NCBI RefSeq assembly: GCF_009914755.1
Contig: NC_060925.1
From: the human T2T-CHM13v2.0 reference genome, Homo sapiens
Strand: one strand, 5' to 3'
DNA: 64,000 nt
The position numbers were made by a program, and so were the translations under genes. Positions 56,941 through 64,000 of the stretch are shown piece after piece. Each line of letters opens with the position of its first letter. The stretch's first letter is position 1. The notes beneath the pieces are model-generated. The model was not told the DNA's origin, made no database searches, and saw only the letters and a program-made list of their open reading frames with translations.

Positions 56941-57458
56941 GCTACCTTCCACATGCCCACACTCACAGTTTCCTCTTAATAAACACACAATTTCAGGGGA
57001 GAGGAAAAACAGTCCATGCATTTTGAGTTGCTTTTTCTGGTTCAAATGCCTGGTGCAGAGTAAAAGCTATTTTCTAAATCTGGTAAATCTTCTTGTCTGC
57101 TTGGATTCAGTCAGACTTCAGAATGGAATGAGCAAATTATAGATGGCAGTAATAGGGTGCTTCCAGTGGGGCGTTTCTTAGCCACTTTATTCTGCTTCTT
57201 GGAGCTCCACTTGGAGATGTTTTAAATCACTCAGGAAGAGAAACTAGAGTGAGAAAGCCAGACTTGTAAGGAGCTCTGTCCTAACAGGTGTCTTTAATGA
57301 TTTGCTATTACTTTATCACTTGAGGCACTAATTATTTGGAACGTACCCAAGTAAACCCTACCAAGTCTTGCAAAAAGACAATAGAAATGAGGAAAACATG
57401 TTTTCTCTTCTTTGGGGCATCACTATTTCATCTGTATCATTAAAAGAATACATTCTTG

Positions 57459-57772
57459 GGCCAGGCATGGTGGCTTATGCCTGTAATCCCAGCACTTAGG
57501 GAGGTGGAGATAGATGGATTCTTGAGGTCAGGAGTTTGAGACCAGCCTGGCCAACATGGCAAAACCCTGTGTGTACTAAAAATACAAAACTTAGCCGAGC
57601 TTGGTGGTGAGTACCTGTAATTTCAGCTACTCGGGAGGCTGAGGCACAAGAATTGCTTGAACCTGAGAGGCAGTGGTTGCAGTGAGCCCAGATTGCACCA
57701 CTGCACTTCAGCTTGTGTGATAGAGTGAGACGCTGTCTTTAAAATAATAATAATAATAATAAAATAAATAAA
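57459..57772 (+). mobile_element. AluS with (TAA)n tail
   Basis: TSD AATACATTCTT. Confidence 0.95.
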
Positions 57773-57949
57773 ATAATACATTCTTAGGAACATAAGAATT
57801 TGCACTAGCTTCCCCAAGGAATTTTCTATGATCTGCTCACTTGTTATCTAAATCCTGTCTATTCTTGAAGGATGCTGAAAGCTTTCTATGCCGATTCTAT
57901 TTCACACAATAATGTCCATGTCTTACTTTCTATAGTTTGTTGTTTTTTA

Positions 57950-60655
57950 AACATCTTTATTGATTTATAATTTGCAAAGCATAAAATTTATCTTTGTAAT
58001 GTTTACAATTTAATTATTTTTAGTATATTTATGGAATCGTGCAATCATCAACCACATTTAAGTTTAAAATTTTTGGGTATCTCCCCTAAGAAACCCTTTA
58101 TTAACATTCACTCTCCATGAGCATTCACTCTCTACTACCACCATCCTTAGCCCTAGGCAACACTAATCTATTTTCTGTCTCTACAGATTTGCCTATTCTG
58201 GATATTTCAAAAAAATGAAATCTTACAGTATGTGATCTTTTGTGATTGACTTCTTTCATTTAGCATAATGTTTTTAGGGTTTATTCATGTAGCATGTACC
58301 TGTACTTTATTCCTTTTTATTGTTGGATAATATTCCATTGTATGGCTACACCATATTTTGTTTATCCACTCATCAGTTGATGAACATTTGGGTTCTTTCT
58401 AGTTTTTGACTATCATGAACAATGCTGTTATGAGCATCCATGCACAAGTTTTTGTATATAACTAGGAGAGAAATCGCTAGGTCATATGGTAACTATGTTT
58501 AACCTTTTGAAGAATTGCCAAATTTTCCCAAAGAAGGTGTACCGTTTTTCAATCCCTTCAGCAATGAATGAGCATTCTGATATCTCCACATCCTTGCCAA
58601 TGCTTTTTACTGTTTGCCTTTGTTATTTTAGCTACCCTAGTGAGTGTTAGTGGTATACAATTGTGGTTTTAATATGCATTGCTCTTGAATGATGATGGTG
58701 AGTATCTTTTCATGTGCTAATGGCCATCTGTTTATATTTTTTTTGAGAAACATCTATCTAAATCCCCATTTAAATTATTATATTTTTAAACTATTGAGTT
58801 ATTTATATATTCTGGACACAAGTATGTCTGATTATTGATTATATAATTTGCAAATATTTTCTCCTATTCTATGGATTGTCTTTTTACTCCCTTGATATTA
58901 TCATTTGTAGCACATTAATTTTGATGTGGTCAAATTTGCATTTTTTTCTTTTGTCACTTGTGCTGTTGGTGTCCCTTCTAAGAAACCATTACCTAACAAA
59001 AGGTTATGAGAATTTACTCCTGTGTTTTCTTCTGCAACTTAAGGTTTGGGGGTGCTGGGGTGCTAGTAATCCCAGAACTTTGGGAAGCCAAGATGGGAGG
59101 ATAGCTTGAAGGCAGGAATTTGAGATCAGCCTGGGCAACATAGTGAGACCTATCTCTCCAAAAAAGTGAAAAATTATCCAGGTGTGGTGGCACATGCCTG
59201 TAGTCTTAGCTACTCAGTAGGCGGAGGCAGGAGCATCCCTTGATCCCAGGAGTTTGAGGATGCAGTAAGCTATGATTATGCCACTGCACTCCAGTCTGGG
59301 TGACACAGCAATACCCTGTCTCAAAAAATATATAAAATAAGATAAATAAAATGAAAAATAAAGTTTGGACTCTGATAAATTTTGAAATAATTTTTTAATA
59401 TGTTGTAAGGTAGGAGTCCAACTGCATTCTTTGTTATGTGGGTAGCCAGTTATCTCCTCACCATTTGTTGAAAAGACTGTTCTTTCCCCATTAAATTGTT
59501 GTGGAACCCTTGTAGAAAATTAATTGGCCATACATGTGTGAGTTTATATCTGGACTCTCAATTCCCATTCCATTGATCTCTATGTATATCCTTATGCTAG
59601 TATCACACTGTCTTATAACTAAGACTTTGAAATCAGGAATAGTAAATCCTACAACTTTGTTCTTTTTCAAGATGGTGTTGGCTATTTAGGGGCCTTTGTA
59701 ACCCCATAAGAATTCTGGAATCAGCTTTTCAATTTCTGAAAGAAAAAAAAAGGGCCAGTGGAATTGTGTCAGGCATTGCACTGGCTCTGAAGATCGTTTT
59801 CACATTATTCATTGCTAACATATGGAAATACAATTGATTTTTATATGTTGATCTTTTGTCCTGCAACCTTACTGAAGTCATTTATTAGCACTAATATTTT
59901 TCTATCAGATTCCTTAGGATTTTCTATTTACAAGATTATGACATCTCCAAATATAAATTGTTTTACCTCTTCCTTTCCAACGATAATGCCTTTTATTTCT
60001 TTTTCTTGCCTAATTGTACTGACTAGAATCTTCAATATAATGTTGAAAAGATGTGGCAAGAGCAGACAGCCTCGTTTTGTCCCTCATTATAGGGGAAAGC
60101 ACCCAGTCTTTCACTGTTAAATATGATAGTGGCTGTGGGTTTTTCATAGATGTCTTTCATCGGATTGCAGAAATTCCATTATATCCCTACTTTGTTAGGT
60201 ATTTTTTCATGAAAGGATGTGGAATTTGTTATATGCTTTTACTCTGTCTATTGAAATAATCATGTGGCTTTTATTCTTTAATTTGTAATTATGGTCTATT
60301 ACATTAATTAACTTTCGTATGTTAAACCAACCTTGGATTCCTGGGTTAAATCCCACTTGACCATGGTGTCTAATGCTTTTATATGCTGCTGTATCCAATT
60401 CGCTAGAATTTTGTTGAGGAATTTTTATATCAATATTCATACTGGATGTTAGCCTGTATTTTTCTTTCCTTGTGATGTCTTCACCTGATTTTACTATCAA
60501 AGTAGTACTGACCTCAGATAATGAGTTGGAAAGTGTTTCCTCTTCTTTTATTTGTTGAAAAAATAGATTTTATAAGGATTTGCGTTACTTCTTTAAATGT
60601 TGGATATAATTCACCAGTAAAGCCATGTGGGTTTGAACTTTTCATTGTTGGGTGT
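57950..60655 (-). mobile_element. Old L1MB/MC (3' UTR plus ORF2 remnant), Alu-interrupted
   Basis: ORF 60207-60500 is RT-like (HHGQVGFNPGIQGWFNIRK...HMIISID). Confidence 0.88.
59050..59358 (+). mobile_element. AluJ
   Basis: AluJ diagnostics; TSD AA(G/A)GTTTGG. Confidence 0.9.
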
Positions 60656-61962
60656 TTCGTGGAACAAAGGACTTACAGGCAAAGAGAACAGTAAAATGTA
60701 ATAGAACTTTTTTAAGGAGCAATTAGAAAGCAAAAGCAGCTGAAGCTGAAGTGACTCCCCATTGCCTACATGTTAAAATTTAATCTCATTAGTCTGGTTA
60801 ATGGCTCTTCCTAATGTGGAACTTGCTGAACCCCTCCAGCTTCATTCATCTCCTGTCACTATTTCTCTCACACTTTAAGCATCTTCCATGCTGAACTCAT
60901 GATAATAATAGTTACTCTCTTCCAGGCATTGTGTTAAGTCTGACAAAATCTCAATCAACCATTATATTCAAATTCCCAGAAATAAGGCTGCTCTTATTTC
61001 ATGACTTTGTTCATGAAGCTCTTACTCCCCAGAATGAACTATGCCTTTATTCGTTTCTTCTCCCTGTCTGCCTCTGTCTTGTGAGGCTGAAAAATTCCTA
61101 TCTGTGGTTTAAAACTCACCTTGAGTGTCACCTAAATAAAACACCAGTGAAGAATGTCTAACAATCTGGGTACTTTTTGTTAATCTGTCTGTTTCTCACC
61201 TATTGTAAGTCTTTTGATGGCAGGCACCATATTTGATTCATCTCTTTATTTCCGATCTTCCAGAGTGCCTGTCACATAGTAGACACTCAATAAATAATTG
61301 TTGAGCTAATGAATAAACCTGGCTATCCAGAATGAGGCTCTCCCCAGCATTTTGGAGAGCTGAGATGTTATTGTACTTCTCTATGTTTCTTATAGCACCT
61401 AGTGCAACACTGAGAAACACTCATTGAAGTTAACTCGACTGAATGATAAATTAATATTATAATGTCAGTAGCACATTTTGAACTCTTCAGTAAAAAGACA
61501 CCATAAAAACCTCAAAGTAGCTGTAAAAAATAGAAATGATAAAAATCTGTTTAGATGACATCTTTTAAGAAAATACAAAAACAATTCTGTTATGTTTTGA
61601 TACATAATTACACTTGAAGATTTTTGGTGTAACAGAGCTGTGTTTGAGAATTCTAGTGATCATAATAACAGCACTGCTTGATGCTAGGGGAGGGTAAATC
61701 CATTTTAGAAGCTTTTCAATGACAAGCTTTGTTCTCTGTATCTGGAAGCAATTCCCAGTGCTGTTTACTTAAATGCTTTATAATATGGAAAACTCAGGAG
61801 CATTGTAGGATCCCCAAAGACAGGAGAAGATTTAATGTTTCTTAAATTCTCCCTCTGTCACAAGATGAAGATGAGCAGGCAGGGTGGCAGCACTGGCTGT
61901 GGCAGCAGCAGCACACCACCACCTATGCAAGGTCTGTACTTTTTAACACAGCATTGGAAGCC

Positions 61963-62538
61963 AGTATCAGTCATGGTTCTCCAGAGAAACAGAACTGATG
62001 AGGTATGTATATGTACATATATATAAAATATATATATGATTAAGTGTGTGCATATATATGTGTGTGTGTGTGTATACACATATATATATTTATATATGTG
62101 TATACACACACACACACACACACACACACTAAGAAGTTTATTGTAAGGAACCAGCTCACATAGTTGTGGGATCTGGCAAGTCCAAAATTTGTAGGGCAAG
62201 CCAACAGACTAGAAACTCAGTCGGGAGTCAATGTTGTAGTCTTGAGTCTGAAATTAATAGGTTAGGCTAGCAGACTGGAAACTTAAGCAGATGTCAGTGC
62301 TAGAGTCTTGAGGCAGAATTTCTTCTTCTCTGGGAAATGTGTTTTTGCTCTTAAGGTCTTCAGCTGAGCAGGAGACCCCACATGCATTATTGAGAGTAAT
62401 CTCCTTAACATAAAGTCAGCTGATTGTAGATGTTAACCACATCTACAAAACATCTTTGCAGCAACATACAGATTATTGTTTGATTAAATAAGTGAGTACT
62501 ATAGCCTAGCCAAGTTGATACATAGAACTAATCATCAC
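61963..62538 (-). mobile_element. MLT2 (ERVL) LTR with internal TA/TG/CA microsatellite 62004-62129
   Basis: ggttctccagagaaacagaac...ctggcaagtccaaaat...gccaagttgatacata...catcaca. Confidence 0.88.
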
Positions 62539-64000
62539 AAGGTCCTTTGACACATGGAACATGCTTCCCTCTCCCACCTTGTATTTTCCATGACTTCTCA
62601 TGCCCCACACCAGATTGCAAAGCTGCTCTGAAGAAGCCCTGCAGTTCTCTGCCTTTTGGTGCCTTTGCTGTTTTCTCCATCCCTACTCTAGATTCTCTCT
62701 CCTCCCAGTGTCCAACCCAGTTGTCAAATTCCTACTCTCATCTCTTGGATCCTGTGCAAATGTCATTTTCCTTCCCAAACCTTGGCTGCTTTCTGGTTTA
62801 AATATCGTCTCTTCCTCTCTTGAACCCCCAACAGATGTCCTTGAAGTAAAGCCTCCTTGCTCTGCTTTGCATTATTTGTAAATGTATTCATGGCAACCAT
62901 CCCCTCTCCCTTGTAACCTGAGGGGGGTCAAGAACCTCATGGGTTTTTTTGTTTTGTTTTGTCTTGTTTTATTTTAATGTCTTTGTTCCCAAAAGGGTAT
63001 AGAGCTTCCATTCATATGGCAATCTTTATTCTTTTTCTGTGCCCTGTGCTGTGCTAGCTTCTCAGGAATATGAAGATTAATTAGACAAGTTTCCAGCACT
63101 CTGAGACTTTATAGCCCAGTGCGGAAGGCAGATAAGTCAACCGTAGGTGTCCACAAGAACTCATTGAACTGAATTAATTCTGGCTGTAGAAGTGCAGTCA
63201 CTTTCCTTTTAGTATCTCCTTACCTCAATACTCCTACATACAGACATTAGCCAGACCAGACAGCAGGCTTGTAGTGGGCTGGAAAGGTCTGTCCTCACAA
63301 GACTTATAGAGGAGTAGTGTGTGTGATGTGACCTGAGGGGCATCAAGGAGGTTCACTGATCCAAAAATATCTCTGTTGCTAAGATGCCTGATATACCATC
63401 ATTTGTGATTCATTCATCTGGGTTCAGAATTATCCTATCTCTAAATGCACCTGGGAGGAATTACTAAATGCCTACATTAACTTTTTAAAATTCTTTTCCC
63501 TTCTTTCTTTACCTTTTTATCTTCCCTTTCTCCTTTAAGGCAGCTAAATTGCTCTCCCTGAAAGACTCCCACCACACAAAGGAGTTAAGAGCTCCTCCCC
63601 TTGGTCCCAATAGCACCTCGTGCCTGTTACAGCAGAGATGTTTTATCCTCTAATTCTTATCTGTTTATTGCTTACCTGAGCTCCTCCACCAGACTGAGCT
63701 CTTAAAGGGGAAAACTGTTTTTCATCTCTGTAATCTGAACATAGAGCACAGTGCCAAACACACCGTGGAATGTTCTGTAAGATTCCTGGAATGACCAGGC
63801 GGTTCTCCATGAAGATATACCTGTTTACCCTTCTTCTTTGATAGAATGACCCATGAGCATATGTAGGGGACAGGCTTGATAAAAGAGAATTGAAGGGCAA
63901 AGAGAAGAGAAGAGAGATAGGAAAAAAGGGACTCTCGGGAAATCACTTCTGTGCCTAGGGCCGTCCTTGATCCTGCTGTCTGTTGTCCACTTTTTGGTTT

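Overview
AT-rich, CpG-poor human genomic DNA (it carries a perfect AluYa5, a human-specific subfamily). Much of the window is transposon-derived: L1PA/L1M fragments, 12 Alus, MaLR/ERVL solo LTRs, Tigger/hAT DNA transposons, MIR/L2 and microsatellites. I find no intact protein-coding gene; the long ORFs in the track are broken L1 ORF2 and the rest are Alu-, microsatellite- or chance ORFs. There is one clear U4 snRNA retro-pseudogene. Best-supported oddities: (1) about 85 nt of unique flank from the Alu at 47.7 kb has been copied, inverted, into the tail of another Alu at 34.6 kb; (2) two neighbouring L1s of different ages share private variants, suggesting ectopic gene conversion; (3) a near base-precise twin-primed L1 inversion; (4) a very young AluYa5. 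More speculative: tandem RFX X-boxes near 0.73 kb are followed by a + strand chain of small, partly phase-compatible exon-like units with stop codons and EF-hand-like wording, which may be a decayed (unitary pseudo)gene or lncRNA. Repeat subfamily names come from recalled consensus sequences and ancient-repeat boundaries are approximate. I could not identify the locus or gene.
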